64,000 bases of DNA from assembly GCA_951406725.2 (NCBI GenBank), contig OX597823.1, positions 96,906,001-96,970,000 on the forward strand, in the 5' to 3' direction. This DNA is from Octopus vulgaris (taxonomy: Eukaryota). The position numbers were made by a program, and so were the translations under genes. Below, piece by piece: positions 47,956 to 60,653 of the stretch. Below the pieces are notes generated by a model, which made no database searches, was not told where the DNA came from, and saw only the letters and a list, made by a program, of their open reading frames with translations. Each line of letters opens with the position of its first letter. Position 1 is the first letter of the stretch.

Positions 47956-48375
47956 AGGTGTAGGAGTGGCTGTGTGGTAAGTAGCTTGCGTACCAACCAC
48001 ATGGTTCCGGGCACAGTCCCATTGTGAGGCACCTTGGGCAACAAGCTTCTTCTATAATCTCAGGCTGACCAAAGCCTTGTGAGTGGTTTTGGTAGATGGA
48101 AACTGAAAGAAGCCTGTCGTATAAATGTATATATATATATGTGTGTGTGTGTATGTATGTTTGTGTGTCTGTGTTTGTCCCCCTGAACATCGCTTGACAA
48201 TCAATGCTGGTGTGTTTACGTCCTCGTAACTTAGCGATTCAGTGAAAGAGACCAATAGAATAAGTACTAGGCTTACAAAGAATAAGTCCTGGGGTCAATT
48301 TGCTCGACTAAAAGGTGGTGCTCCAGCATGGCCACAGTCAAATGACAGAAACAAGTAAAAGAGAGTAAAAGAGAG
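47956..48375 (+). mobile_element. tRNA-headed SINE family A (CORE-like centre, internal TA/TG microsatellite); other copies ~1161-1330, 9700-10110, 11578-12300, 35288-35612 (+) and 21470-21700, 22395-22870, 27500-27932, 33330-33598, 41020-41435, 46735-47160 (-)
   Basis: A box TGGCTGTGTGG, B-box region, ACCTTGGGCAA.. core, conserved tail ..CAGCATGGCC.CAGTCAAATGAC.GAAACAAGTAAAAGA, repeated more than 10 times. Confidence 0.85.
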
Positions 48376-50280
48376 TATGGCATCACTGGATGAAATAGAT
48401 GTGAGTATATTATGTCAGAAAAGAAAATGAGTCACAACTTGGATGCCGGTTTAACGATGAGAATTCAATGCTCAGGCATGGTGAAAGAAATATTTGGTCC
48501 AAGTTTACAATCCAAAAGTGACAACCCTGCATAATAGAAACTTTGAGCATCAGTAGCATCATTCACTTCACAATGAATGAGATGTGATATTCCTTTCTTT
48601 GACTTTTTCATAATCATCATTGTTTTAAAGTTCACATTTCCATGCCATTGTACGTCAAACAGAATTTTTTACATCTGGGTGCCCTTCCTGTCACCAACCC
48701 TCACATGTTTCCAAGCAAAAGTGATTTATTAAAATATTATGTTATTATGGTGTTGGGAAGGGCATCCAGCTGTAGAAACTCTGCCAGATCAAGATTGGAG
48801 CCTGGTGCAGCCATCTGGTTTGCCAGTCCTCAGTCAAATCGTCCAACCTATGCTAGTATGGAAAGCAGATGTTAAACGATGATGATGATGTTAATCAGAA
48901 AGCCGTTGCTGGTTTAAATACTTTGAAACTGAAGCAGTGAAAAGAAAGTGTAATAACATATTGCAGTTTAATAACCTGTTAATAACTGAGCTCTCGAAAG
49001 CAGTGAGCTGACACAATCATATATATTTCATTTCTCTAAATGGATAAATCTGAACAGTCTGGTTTCAGTGAACCGTATAGCCATTGTACATTCTGAGTCT
49101 TCTAGTTCAATTTTCTAACTCAAATAGGAGTCCCATGAATAAAAGCTGTCCAGCCATGACCATCTCATCAAGTTGTGATATATATTGTACTATATTATCC
49201 AATACGGTCTTTTTTTTTTTTCCAAGATGTGAGAGTGTGAGCTGAAGAAGATTTGCTGCTACTTCTAGCCAGATGGGTTTCTGCACAGAGACTGCCATGT
49301 CAGTTTGACTCAAAGAGGAATTCTTTTGTTGTGGTTCTCAATATATTATGGAACCTGTTGCATTTCTATGTAATTCTTTTGTTTGAAATATCATGTCATA
49401 AAGAAGGTAATTGTAAGCTACTAAGCCAGCCCTGTCTGTAATCTGGTTTCACTTCTCACTTAGAAATGTTTTATTTCACTTATCATACAGGGGAGAGTCA
49501 CTAGAACATTGGATATACTGCCTTGTGGTAGTTGTTCAAATCTTACCAAGATCAACTTTGCCCTTCATCCTTTTGGGTTAAAATACATAATGGATGGCTT
49601 CAGTTTCTACTCACAACGTATAGGTCAAGTCATGTCTACAGCCAAACGCATCCGTGCAGTGGCACCCAACTCTTAACCATGTGGTTCTGAACCTCTTAAC
49701 TACACAGCCATGATTGTCCTTTCTTATCCCAAGGATATGCCAGATTGTATTTGGTCTGCTTCTTTGTGTTCACAGTTCAAATCCTGTCGTAGCCTAGACT
49801 TAATCTAGTTTGTTTTTGCTTTAACCCCCACCACCTGTCTCATGGGTGCTTTCAGTGGAGTCTACTTTGTAACCAATATTCAGACCCGGTTTCCTAATGG
49901 TCACAATAGGACACAAACAGCGGCCAAAAGCCAGTTGGTCCCTGCTACGTTCGAATGCAGATATACAGATAGTTTATGCTACAAAAGGTTTAACTTTGAT
50001 TAATCACAGTGATCGTGTCGTTTTTTCGAGAACTACATATCTAGGACTACTTTATTCAATGTATCCCTCAGTTTTCAAGATAATTCAAGGGAGATTTGGT
50101 TGCTATTTCGAGGAGATTGAATGACCATGAAGAACTGCCTTCATTGGTTCAAGATCATCTACCTTTCACGAAAAAGGTGCTTTAACGTCTATGAAGATTA
50201 TTTGTGATATATAAATTCAACGTATTTTTATCACAAGGGCCAGCCTGATCACATTCTGGGTCACGCTAAATTTAACGTAT

Positions 50281-51250
50281 TGATATGGAGGTCAGTTCGG
50301 AGGCTGAGTGCTGCGACCTACTTTTGTGATCTGACGTCAGGGAGACGGGTAGGCCTTTTGTCCTGTCGGTTTTTGGGGAGGTTTATGTATTCGGAAGAGA
50401 CCTTTAACCTTGTTCCGGTCAAGGAAGGGTCGAGAAACCACCCCTTTAAAAACACGACGCGCTGGAGTTTTTGCGGTCAGTCGGTGAGGCAGTCGAGAAC
50501 AGAGGAGTTGACAACAGGGTAGCTGGCGTGAGAGACAGGAGTGATGCAGACGGTCAGCCAAGAAGGTGGCGATGGCGAAGGCAACTACATCGTTGAGAAG
50601 GACAGACAGACAATGAGAGGTTGAGAAAGACAGGCAGATAGGATTAAGGAGCTGGGAGAGATTACGGCGAGAAGGCATGGCTATTCGTAGTGGGAGTTTG
50701 TAAACGAAGAAACTTGCGGTTTGTGTCTTTTGTTTATGTTTTGATGTGTTAAAGAAAAAGAATTGATGTGGTGAAAAAAAAGAGTTGTTAAAGAAAAAAA
50801 GAATTGAAAAGAGAGGAGGAAGAAGTACTGAATTAAGGAAAAGAGAAATGTAAAAGAACTGTGTCGTTGAGTTGTGTTGAAAAAGAAAGAGAAAGACTTT
50901 AATGTGATTTGAACATTAATGTATTGAATTGAACTGTTGTCTCCGGACTGTATATTGTATCTGCATGCTTTGATTTGTTGCTTTCTTTAATGTATCTGAT
51001 ATGTATCACATTGTATTTGATGTCGTAATTGTTATAAACTGTTCTTAAATGTAGCCAATTGCCTCCGCCGTCTCTCTATCTCTTCCTGCGGTTGTTGTTG
51101 TTGTTATCTCCGGTCGCCGGTTCGAGTTCGCCGCTACCTTCCCCCTCTTTCCGTGGCGAATCCCCCGATCGACTGGGCCGGTGTAATAGTCGTCGCTCGA
51201 CTTGGTAGGGTCCCGGGTTCGAGTTGGGCGACGGCAGGTGGTTCGCAACA
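50281..51250. mobile_element. Solo LTR (970 bp), Gypsy-like
   Basis: Starts TG, ends CA, 4-bp target duplication GTAT (50277-50280 and 51251-51254); CpG-rich; no internal coding region. Confidence 0.75.
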
Positions 51251-51822
51251 GTATTTTTTATCACAAGGGACATCTAGAAGTGTTTGATTCACATAAACAT
51301 TCCTTTGGTAGCTCACTAGTTTACCTCGGCTGGTTAAATAACAATTACCAATAGCTAAATAGTACATTTAGTTGTTGTTAATCAGAATTAATAATCAAGA
51401 ATTATGTTCATTCTGCCCGAAGATACGATGAAACATTAGTGAGCTGAATTACCCATATCGTAATCACTCAGATAATGAAAAAAAGTAATACTGAACGCAC
51501 ATTCGTAAATTTGTGCATCTTATGGGGAAGTTTATGAATCACGATACTTCAAACAAGTTGCGAAAAGTCGAATGTTTTCGTAAATAACGTCGCTATAAGT
51601 TGGAAGAGAAAACATAAAAACATACTAGATAGAATTCCCCGGAGTTTACAAAAATTCTTTCGCATAGTGTTTCATTGTTTATAGAATTAGTCTTGTTAAT
51701 TATAGGCTCCCTCATTGGTTCATAAAGCGTTATTTAAGTTATATTTGTGGTACAGTATACCGAATGTCCACAAAAATGTTAAGGTGTGCAGGTGTGTTAT
51801 GTCTATTATTATTATTATTTTT

Positions 51823-51874
<52 letters not shown>

Positions 51875-51877
<3 letters not shown>

Positions 51878-52115
51878 AATTATTGTATGCAGTGCTCAGG
51901 TGCACCACAACTTGTCAAAAGTGTGTATAAAGCATATGCAGTAATGTACAAATGTCTTGAAAGTGAACAGTGTATGAGTCAGATACATGCTTGCGTGTGT
52001 ATGGAGGGGAGAAATCAGGTGTAGTGTTGGCGAATCCCAGGAAGCATGGAAGTTTTGAAGGATGCAGTGCTCCGACAACTGATGCTGGCAGTTTGTTCCA
52101 TGTTTCAGCAACTCT
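51875..52115 (-). mobile_element. CR1/L2-type LINE 3' end
   Basis: Minus strand RVAETWNKLPASVVGA (RV..WN.LP..VV.A motif) followed by a UTR ending at an (ATT)n tract. Confidence 0.65.
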
Positions 52116-52299
52116 TAAAAATATACTATAGAGCGGTAATTAACTAAGTTTAATTAACGTCGTAAATTTGGTAAATGTTGCATGTTGTTTCTATGTGGTG
52201 CCTTCCGTTTTGTGCTGGAAATTGTTTTGTCCAGATTCGATGACTTTTTATGACATCATTGCGTTTATCTGCCGTGCTATTTTTGTTCAAGGAATTTAT

Positions 52300-52577
52300 T
52301 TCTTATCGGCTAAATGGGGGGGCGGGCAATTACACAATTGGTTAAATTAACACAGGCAGAAGATAATCCTGCCCTTTGTCAAGTGCTTTGTAGTTTATTC
52401 TACAAGAGAAGCTATATAAGTCGACCAAGGCCTCACCACGCCAAAATCCTTCAGTTCTAACAGGTAGCTGACGAAATCAAGGGAGATAAGTCTCATTGTC
52501 TCCGACGAAGAATCCCTCACCGCTGCTGCTGCTGCTATTGTCAGTCTCTTGTCAACACGAGAACCACCACCACCACT
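52300..52577 (+). promoter_or_regulatory. Putative core promoter and 5' UTR of the phosphatase gene
   Basis: GC box GGGGCGGG ~52318-52326, ATTGG (reverse CCAAT) 52337-52341, TATATAA 52413-52419, Inr-like TCAGTT 52451-52456; CpGs visibly retained across ~50.2-54.3 kb. Confidence 0.55.
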
Positions 52578-52613
52578 ATGTGCGAAGCTCCGACACAAGC
52601 GTTGCCTAATAAG
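52578..52613 (+). CDS. PHOSPHO2: PHOSPHO1/2-family phosphatase, first coding exon (MCEAPTQALPNK)
   Basis: ATG in a CpG-rich unique region downstream of a TATA box; donor AAG|gtaatt, phase 0, in frame with the exon at 59658, which lacks a Met before its catalytic motif. Confidence 0.7.
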
Positions 52614-54363
52614 GTAATTTAATAACCACATAGTTATTGTTGTTGTTACTACTACTATTATTATTATTTATTATTTACTACTATTGTGGTTTTCAACAGT
52701 TCCGTGCAGTCTCCTACTGTTCTATTATTATAGGTGCACCTCTGTGTTCCAGGTGCGTGAAGCATTGTGCTTTCTGGGGGAAAGATGTAGAATTATATTT
52801 ACATGTTACATTTGTTTCACATTGCAAAGCAGATTTGATGTTTCGTCTGATTCTCATGTTACTTCGATGCCTCATCTGTTTGTTGTGCGGACTATGTGCT
52901 GCTACGTGGGTTGTGTTCGGACGGTGGTTGCTTCGTGTGTTTTCAGTGTCTGGAGGTGATTGTGCTGTAGAGTTATGTTGTGTGTACGTTCAGGTTGGCA
53001 GAATCGTTCGAGAGCGTCAAACAAAATATCCGGCGGGATTCAGTTACGACCCTTTACATTCTGAGTTCAAATCCCGCCGATGTCCTCTTTGTCTTTTATC
53101 CTTCTGAATTGATAAAATATAATATCAGTTAAATACTAGGATCGGCTCCTCTGACCGCCTTATCCAAATAGTTTCTGGCCGCATGCCTTGGTTAGGAATT
53201 ATTATTATTGTAAATAATAAAGAAATCACTATCACAATAAAGCAATTCCTTAACTTAGATATAATAATAATAATAATAGTCCTCGTCATTATTATTATTA
53301 TTATTTTGTGCAGAAATTCTCATGTTTAGCCGGCAAAACCTAAATTCACCCAGGAGACGATGTACCTAATTTGAATGACAATTTGTTTTCTTTTATCAAT
53401 TCCTTTTTCTTACATGAAACATTTAATTTTTGTAACTAAAGCAAATAGAAATAAGGCAAGAATTTTCCTGCATTCGAACGATGACAACATATGTTGTTCG
53501 TTACCAAATTGGTCTAACAATATATCAGTTGTATTAAAAATGTCAACGTTTAACATTTGCACTTTAAATCATTCGCTCGACCTGTTAGAAACAGTAAACA
53601 TATGACCCACAAAGCACACCCGACCGCCGATTTAAATAAGGAAAGATATATTGGGTAAAGCAGTGATAGACATACCTCTAGAATACTGAGTGTTTACGCA
53701 TGGAATATATATATATTTATATATATTGCATCGTAGGTTTGGTCAGTCAAGGTTGGCTTGAGGGCTTAACTACAACGTGTAAAAAGCGTTATGTGACCAA
53801 CTTATACTCGCGCTTTTAATTTCGTTATAAAAGTACGGAGACCTTAACATGAACAACTAATTGATTCTATACACAAACTATCGAAATAATAATTCTTGAA
53901 ACCAGTAAACAGCTCGCAGTATCTGATATTCGAATGACGAAAAATAGTGTTCTGGTGTCTCATAGAATACTTTAGGTACCCATCACTACTCACCTGTCTT
54001 ATATCTTTTTTATCTAGAGAAATAAGAGTTTTAGGTCAAAATCTGTTTTGTATGTGATTAGTTTTTTGTTTGTTTATTTTATATACAGGGGCTTTTTAGA
54101 ATAAACAACGCATTTCCAAACTTAATGATGCAGAGGAGGAGTAAGAAGCTTTGTATTTTTAGTAGTGTAATTTGATGTGAGGATCGTGCTTTCAGTAATT
54201 GCTTATTTCTCATTGACTTGAACTTGTACCAGGGATTCTTGTAATTGTTTCGCTGATTATTTAACCACTGAACTACGGCGTCCATAAATGGGTCCTTTTA
54301 AATATGATGTCTCTCTTCCTCTCTCTCTCTCTCTCTCTTTATATATATATATATATATATATA

Positions 54364-55590
54364 TTGGGTCATCCCATCAACGATGCGATAGTTTTTCAAC
54401 TGCATGAACTGAAAGTCGGAGGGGGATGGGTTAAACTACCTGCATCAACTTACTACAAAAGCAGGTAGTAATTTTACCTTCTACTTATTCTTAGTGCAAG
54501 TTTTAAAGAGTGCAGTTCGATTTTAACAGTTATTTTTTTCAAAATTATAATGGAAGTGACTAAGGGGCATATTTGGTATATTTTGCATTATGAGTTCAAA
54601 AAAAGCAACAACACAAAGTGCGGGGAATATTAATACAGTATATGGGGATCGGACAATAAGTGTAAACCTGTGTCAATGGTGGTTTCAGAAATTATGAGCT
54701 AGAAGCTACAGCCTAAAAGACGAGCTGCATCCTGGAAGATCTGTAGGATGTCCTGCAAACCCTGATGGAACAAAATACCATCATAAGTGGAGAAGAACTA
54801 GCAGAGAAGCTTGGATTTGGTCATTCAACCATTCATCGACACCTGCGTGCCATCGGAGAAGCCAGCAAATTGGGTCAGTGGGTTCCTCACAAACTTTCCG
54901 AGTCTAATCGCATGCAGAGACTAAATGTGTGCTCTTCTTTGCTGTCACGTCTCACAAATGAACCTTTCTTGGACCAAATAGTGACTGGTGATGAGAAATA
55001 GGTTTTCTATATAAATGTCAAGCATCAAAGACAGTGGGTCAGGAAGGAGAAACACCAGCACCCCAGGTTAAAGAAAGTCTTCACCCACATAAGGTGATGT
55101 TATTTGTTTGGTGAGATATGAAAGTTTTAGTCCACTTTGAACTTTTAAATCCAAACCAAATGATAACAAAGAAGATCTACTGTGAGTGGCATAAGTCAGC
55201 GCAAGAAGAAAAACAACCATCTTTGGTTTCAAGATGAAAGGTGTTCTTTCATCAGTATAATGCATGACCACAAACAGCGAGGATGACATTCCAAAGACTG
55301 GAGCAGCTTGAAGAGGAAATAATGCCCTGCCCACCATAGACGCTGGACATTTTCCCATCTGATTATCATTTATTCCACAATCTTCAAAATCATTTGGACA
55401 GGAAAAATATGAATTCTGTTGATGAGCTCAGAAGAGTAATAGAGGAGTATTTTTTATCACAGACAAGTGAATTTTGGAAGAGAGGCCTTGCAAGTCTACC
55501 AGATAGATGGAAGAGCATTGTAGAAATGGAAGGAGAGTATATTTTAGATTAAAAAAGAAGAAAAATGAAAGAAGTATAAAAAACCACATG
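54364..55590 (+). mobile_element. Decayed mariner (DD34D) transposon in the phosphatase intron
   Basis: TA then TTGGGTCATCCCAT terminus; [53 protein letters not shown]; many stops and frameshifts; right terminus truncated. Confidence 0.9.
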
Positions 55591-55677
55591 TGTGTGTATA
55601 TATATATATATATACACACACATACATACTGTGTGTGTGTATATATATATATATATATACACATACACACATACATA

Positions 55678-55741
<64 letters not shown>

Positions 55742-57552
55742 ATATACATACATATTGTGTGTATTATCATCATTTAATGGCCACCATCCATGCTTGCATG
55801 GGTGGGATGGTTTCACAAGAGCCAGCCAGGCAGAAGCTTGCACCTGACTTCTGTGACTGTTTTGGCAGGATTTTACAGCTGGATGCCTTTCTGGACACCA
55901 ATCACTTTACCGTGTGGACTGGGTGCTTTTAAGTGGTACCTGCACTGACAAGATCACCAGGTACTTACAAGACAAAAAAAAATTTCAAGAGGGGAGGAAG
56001 CATTGGAGGAGGTGATCTTGTGTTGGATGGTGAAAGGTTATAGTGAGACAGATACAGGTGTCTTATCTGGCCAGAGAGATAGAGAGAGAGATCAGAAATG
56101 AAGATAGAAACAGGTGTGCTACCGCAAAGGAAATACGTGGTTACTCAACCTGAGGGATGTGTAGGAGAAGGAGAGAAGGAGACAGCAGGATAGAGATGGT
56201 GGCAAAATGCTGGGCATACAAGGGACAGGGATCAGAATATAAATGGGATGGTTGAGTAAAGGAAGAGAGAGATATATAGATGGTGGCAAGTGCCAGGGCA
56301 TACCTTTGAGGTCTGATCACCATAATATAAGTGACAGGATATTGTGAAGGGAGTGTGATTAAAGAGTGGCGAAAATCCTGGCTATGTATTGAGGGCTACC
56401 GGAAAGCAATGATACAGAGGGATAAGGCTGTGAGGACAGGATTGCGGAGTGAGAACTAGGCATAGTGTATGAAGGAGGAAATGTGAGGAAGAGAAGAGAT
56501 GTGGAGATTTAGATTGGTTTGCTGAGGTAAGGTGAAGGAAAAGTTTTCTTGTTATATGTGGGTGGAACACACAGGTTGGGGGCTAGAAGATAGCTATAAT
56601 ACAGTGAGACAGGGAAGTGGGTGGAACAGACAGATTAGGGGCTAGTGGAGAGCAATAATACAGTGGCACAGGGCCAAGAGGACAGAAAAGGGGAGTTGGC
56701 AGTAAGCATAGTGCATGAAGCAGAAATGTGAGGAGAAGAGATGTAGTTTGATTTATTGTAGTAGAGTGTGTGAGAAGTTTTCTTGTTAAGTGTGGGTGGG
56801 ACACATAGCACTTCTAGAACTCAGTTTTACTGATGTGGGTTGGTCTTCTCAAGAATTTCATATCGCCAGATATCTCGGTCCATTGTCATTTCCTCCGTGA
56901 GGCCCAACTTCCTGAGGTGTATATGTATGTATGTATGTGTATATATATATATAGGGGGGAGAATTCACAAAAAAAACAAGACGAAGACATGTGGTGTAGA
57001 CAACAAACAGATGTATTAGTATAACGCTTGGGAAGTGAAAATGTCCTCAACATTTTGAGCCTATGCTCTTCCACAGAAAGGAACACAGAAAGAAACAAGG
57101 AAAGAAAATAAAGAATGTGTAGTGGCTAGAGATCTATCATGGTGAATGCCAGACAGAAAGGTCACACAGGAGAGCTAGGGAGAAGGGGAGATAATAAAGT
57201 AGTGGTGATCCCAAAACGAAGGTGCACGTGCGTATGTATAAGAGAGTTTGTATGTATGTGTGGAAGAGGGCTGGTGATCTTGACCTGTGCGTGTGTGTAT
57301 GTGTTGGTGTGGAAATGTGGGTCTGGGTAGTGGTCAGTGCTGATGTGTGCGTGGTGGTATGTTGTGACGCGTTGTGGTGTGATGGTGTTGGGAGGGGAGA
57401 GTGGTAGGGGTCAGCTAATTGCTTCACCACATACCGAATTTAGAAATAGGAGTTAAAAATTCCTTTTCTACTACTGTAAGAATCTCCACGACAGTAACAC
57501 ACATTTTTACGTAGGCAAAGAGAAAAACAATGAATCAACACGACTCCGATTA

Positions 57553-57609
57553 GCCACAGACACGTTTCGAGATTAAAGTGTTTTTAATTACTTCTCTCTT
57601 CAGTGTAAC
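57553..57609 (-). ncRNA. Minimal type I hammerhead ribozyme (Penelope-associated type)
   Basis: Minus strand GUUACA-CUGAAGA-GAGA...UCUC-GAAAC-GU-GUC-UGUGGC: complete core, stem I 6 bp, stem II 4 bp plus extension, short stem III, GUC cleavage triplet. Confidence 0.8.
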
Positions 57610-58049
57610 ATTTCCAATTATAAAATTTGAAAATGCTAGGGGATGAATATGCACACAATCGAGTGACATCATGCAACAGATATCCAACCCTTTTATTATT
57701 AATTTGAAATATATATATATATATATATCATCATTGTTTAATGTCCGCTTTCCATGCTAGCATGGGTTGGACGGTTTGACTGAGGGCTGGCGAAACAGAT
57801 GGCTGCACCAGGCCTCAATCTTGATCTGACAGAGTTTCTACAGCTGGATGCCCTTCCTAACACCAACCACTCCAAGAGTATAGTAGGTGCTTTTATGTGC
57901 CACCAGCATGGGGCCAGTCAGGCAGTACTGGCAACGACCTTGCTCAAATCCTTTACACATGCCACCAACACAGGTGCCAGTAAGGCAATGCTGGTATATA
58001 TATATACAAGCTTAAAAGCCACCTGATAGCTATATAGCTTTTAAGCAAC

Positions 58050-58165
58050 TAACTCCGATTGGGAAGATCTGCAAACAGACTTCTGACTTGTTTTGGAGAA
58101 TTTGTTGCAATTGATTCCTCCATAGTCATATCCCAATCATGATCATATTCGTTGCTAAAAATCAT
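58050..58165 (-). mobile_element. Helitron RepHel fragment
   Basis: EYDHDWDMTMEESIATNSPKQVRSLFA resembles the Helitron D..W...M.EA....P.QLR.LFA segment. Confidence 0.55.
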
Positions 58166-59657
58166 GTGCAAAAAAAAAAAATCACCAAAAACAATTGCAG
58201 TCACGAAAAAGATAGGAATCCAAAATTTCAGGATTGCAGGTTCTGATTTGGTCCCAGATGGACTTAAAAAAAGAATGAATGAAAATTTGTATCTGGAGAT
58301 TAACACAAAGTATTTTTGAATTTTCTTATGAACGTCACTTTATGTCACAGTTTGTGCCACAGTATCAACAGTTGTGATTCCATGCTCCCATATAAACTAT
58401 TTGCTTTTATTAACAGTAAATATGCAAAGCAAGCCACAGGTGTGGCTGTGTAGTTAAGACGTTTGCTTCCCAACCACGTGGATTCCGGTTCAGTCCCACT
58501 GAGTGACACCTACTATAGCTCTGGGTTGCCCAAAGCCTTGTGTGTGGATTCAGTAGACGGAAACTGAAAGAAGCCTGTCTTGTATGTATATGTTTGTGTC
58601 ACTTTGTTTTGACACTCTGTAATTATTGTAAATGAATATTCATTTCCAATATTTTATGAAAACATGTCTGGCCATAGAAAGTCTTTCTCTATAACTTTTG
58701 TCGAACCCATACAAGCATGGAAGAGTGGATGTTTAAAACAATGATTTTCTAATTATTATTATTATTATTGAGTGAGAGAGCAGTGCATGCCATCAAAGTA
58801 ACACTGGGGTAAAATATACGAAGCCCAGTATACCCATCATGACTACCCGTCTGATAAGGGTACACTAGGCACATGCATCACAACCATATGTGCACAACAT
58901 GGTGATCTCATATCAAGATAAACACCACATGACCTTGCAGGTGGGGCCCGGTTAGAATTTTCTTCTGGTCGAGTAACCCATCCAGCTCAAAAGGTCCCTG
59001 AATAAGGATTGTTTAAGGATGTTGAACAAAACACCCTGTTTCCAGAGGTGAATTATTCAAACCCCAAAGAATCCCTCTCAACACATGGCTATGAAGCTCC
59101 CCCACTACTTCTGTTCGTGATCAGAGATGCACATATAGTCAGCCACTAAGGGACATGCTCAACTGTTTAAGGTCAAACAACTGACAAGCAAATCTGTGGT
59201 ATTGAGCAGAATATTTGCTGTAACCCATCTTTTATACCAAGACAAAACAATGTACATGATAACACTTCCAATCAGTTAAGATGAGAAGCCATGAGAGCCA
59301 CTGCCTGGTACTGCATCTGGGAATTTATTATTACTATAATTTTTTATTATTATTATAATTTATTATTATTATTATTATTATTATTAAGATGGCAAGCTGG
59401 CAGAATTGTTAACACATCAGGCAAAATGCTTTAGCAGCATTTCATGTATCTTAAGTTCTGAGTTCAAATTCCACCAAGGTTAACTTTGCCTTTCATCCTT
59501 TCAGGGTTGATGAAATAAGCACCAGTTACACACTGGGATCGATATAATCGACTGGCCCCCTCCCCCAAAATTTCAGGCTTTGTGCCTTCTGTAGAAAGAA
59601 TTATTATTATCATTACTAATTATTAATTAATTCTTTCATTTCTATTGTATTTTGCAG

Positions 59658-60377
59658 GTGAACAAGTCCTTACTGCTGGCGTTTGATTTTGACCATTCTC
59701 TCATTGATGTCAACTCTGACAATTACGTGACGAAACTGGTGCCACCAATTCCTGTGGAAATAAAGAAACGGTACAGCAGCCAATGCTGGGTCTATTATAT
59801 GGGAGCAATCTTTGAACACATGCATCTACAAAAAATTACTCCTACTCAAATCTTGGACTGTATGAATGAGATTCCATTTGTGAATGGTGTCATGGAACTG
59901 GTAAACTTCTTGGACAGAGTTGATGTGGAGATGATTATTATTTCTGATGCTAATAGTGTATTTATTAAACAGGTGTTGGAAAATGCAAAAATTGCACACT
60001 TATTTGCTGAAACTTTTACGAATCCTGCACATTTTGATGAAACTGGTTGCTTACGAGTGCAGTGTTACCACAACCAAGATTGGTGCCAGTTGAGCACGAC
60101 GAATTTGTGCAAAGGAAGGATCTTAGAAGATTACCTGAAGAAACGTTGCGATGAAGGTGTGAGCTTCTCCCATGTTGGTTTTGTCGGTGATGGAATACAC
60201 GATTATTGCCCCTGCCTCACACTTAGGGAGCAAGATTTCACATTTCCACGTATAAATTACAATCTGTGGAAAAAAATTAACAAGATGCCTAAAAATGATG
60301 AACTTTCGTTGAAATCTCAGATTATTCCATGGACAGATGCATTTGAAATTCTCGAAACTCTGAAAGCTGTTCTCTAA
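59658..60377 (+). CDS. PHOSPHO2: Pyridoxal phosphate/phosphoethanolamine-phosphocholine phosphatase (PHOSPHO1/2 family, HAD), main exon; 251 aa with exon 1
   Basis: Acceptor tttgcag. HAD motif I FDFDHSLIDVNSD, motif II IISDANSVFI, FTNPAHFD, motif III NLCKG, motif IV FVGDGIHDYCP. Family call is firm; PHOSPHO1 versus PHOSPHO2 orthology is not resolved. Confidence 0.93.
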   Translation: MNKSLLLAFDFDHSLIDVNSDNYVTKLVPPIPVEIKKRYSSQCWVYYMGAIFEHMHLQKITPTQILDCMNEIPFVNGVMELVNFLDRVDVEMIIISDANSVFIKQVLENAKIAHLFAETFTNPAHFDETGCLRVQCYHNQDWCQLSTTNLCKGRILEDYLKKRCDEGVSFSHVGFVGDGIHDYCPCLTLREQDFTFPRINYNLWKKINKMPKNDELSLKSQIIPWTDAFEILETLKAVL

Positions 60378-60647
60378 GAGACCTGTGAAACATTTATGAA
60401 ACCCTAACCTCAAAGCGTTAAAAAAAAAGACGTAACTTAACTGACGTTTTAAGATGGGAAATATATAATGATAAACCATGCATATAATTATATCCATGAG
60501 TTTTATGTGTATGTAATGTATATATTCTTAAACAAGAATGTTGTTGATAATGACTGAAGTTTTGGTCAGTTAAGCCATCATCAGACTGCCACGGCTTAAC
60601 TGGCCAAAACTTAGAAGTGACTATCAACGGCAGTCTTTTTTTAGAAT

Positions 60648-60653
60648 AATAAA
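60648..60653 (+). terminator. Candidate polyadenylation signal of the phosphatase gene
   Basis: AATAAA ~270 nt after the stop codon. Confidence 0.4.

Noticed and set aside
50337-50678. 113-aa and neighbouring ORFs in GC-rich sequence
   Set aside because: They lie within the solo LTR and show no gag or pol motifs
55428-55932. Many 60-180 aa ORFs rich in YI, HT, CV or polyI/polyS here and across the window
   Set aside because: Translations of (TA)n, (CA)n, (CAT)n microsatellites and SINE bodies
59652-59657. TTG start of the 241-aa ORF
   Set aside because: This is the splice acceptor (tttgcag); the real start is probably ATG 52578
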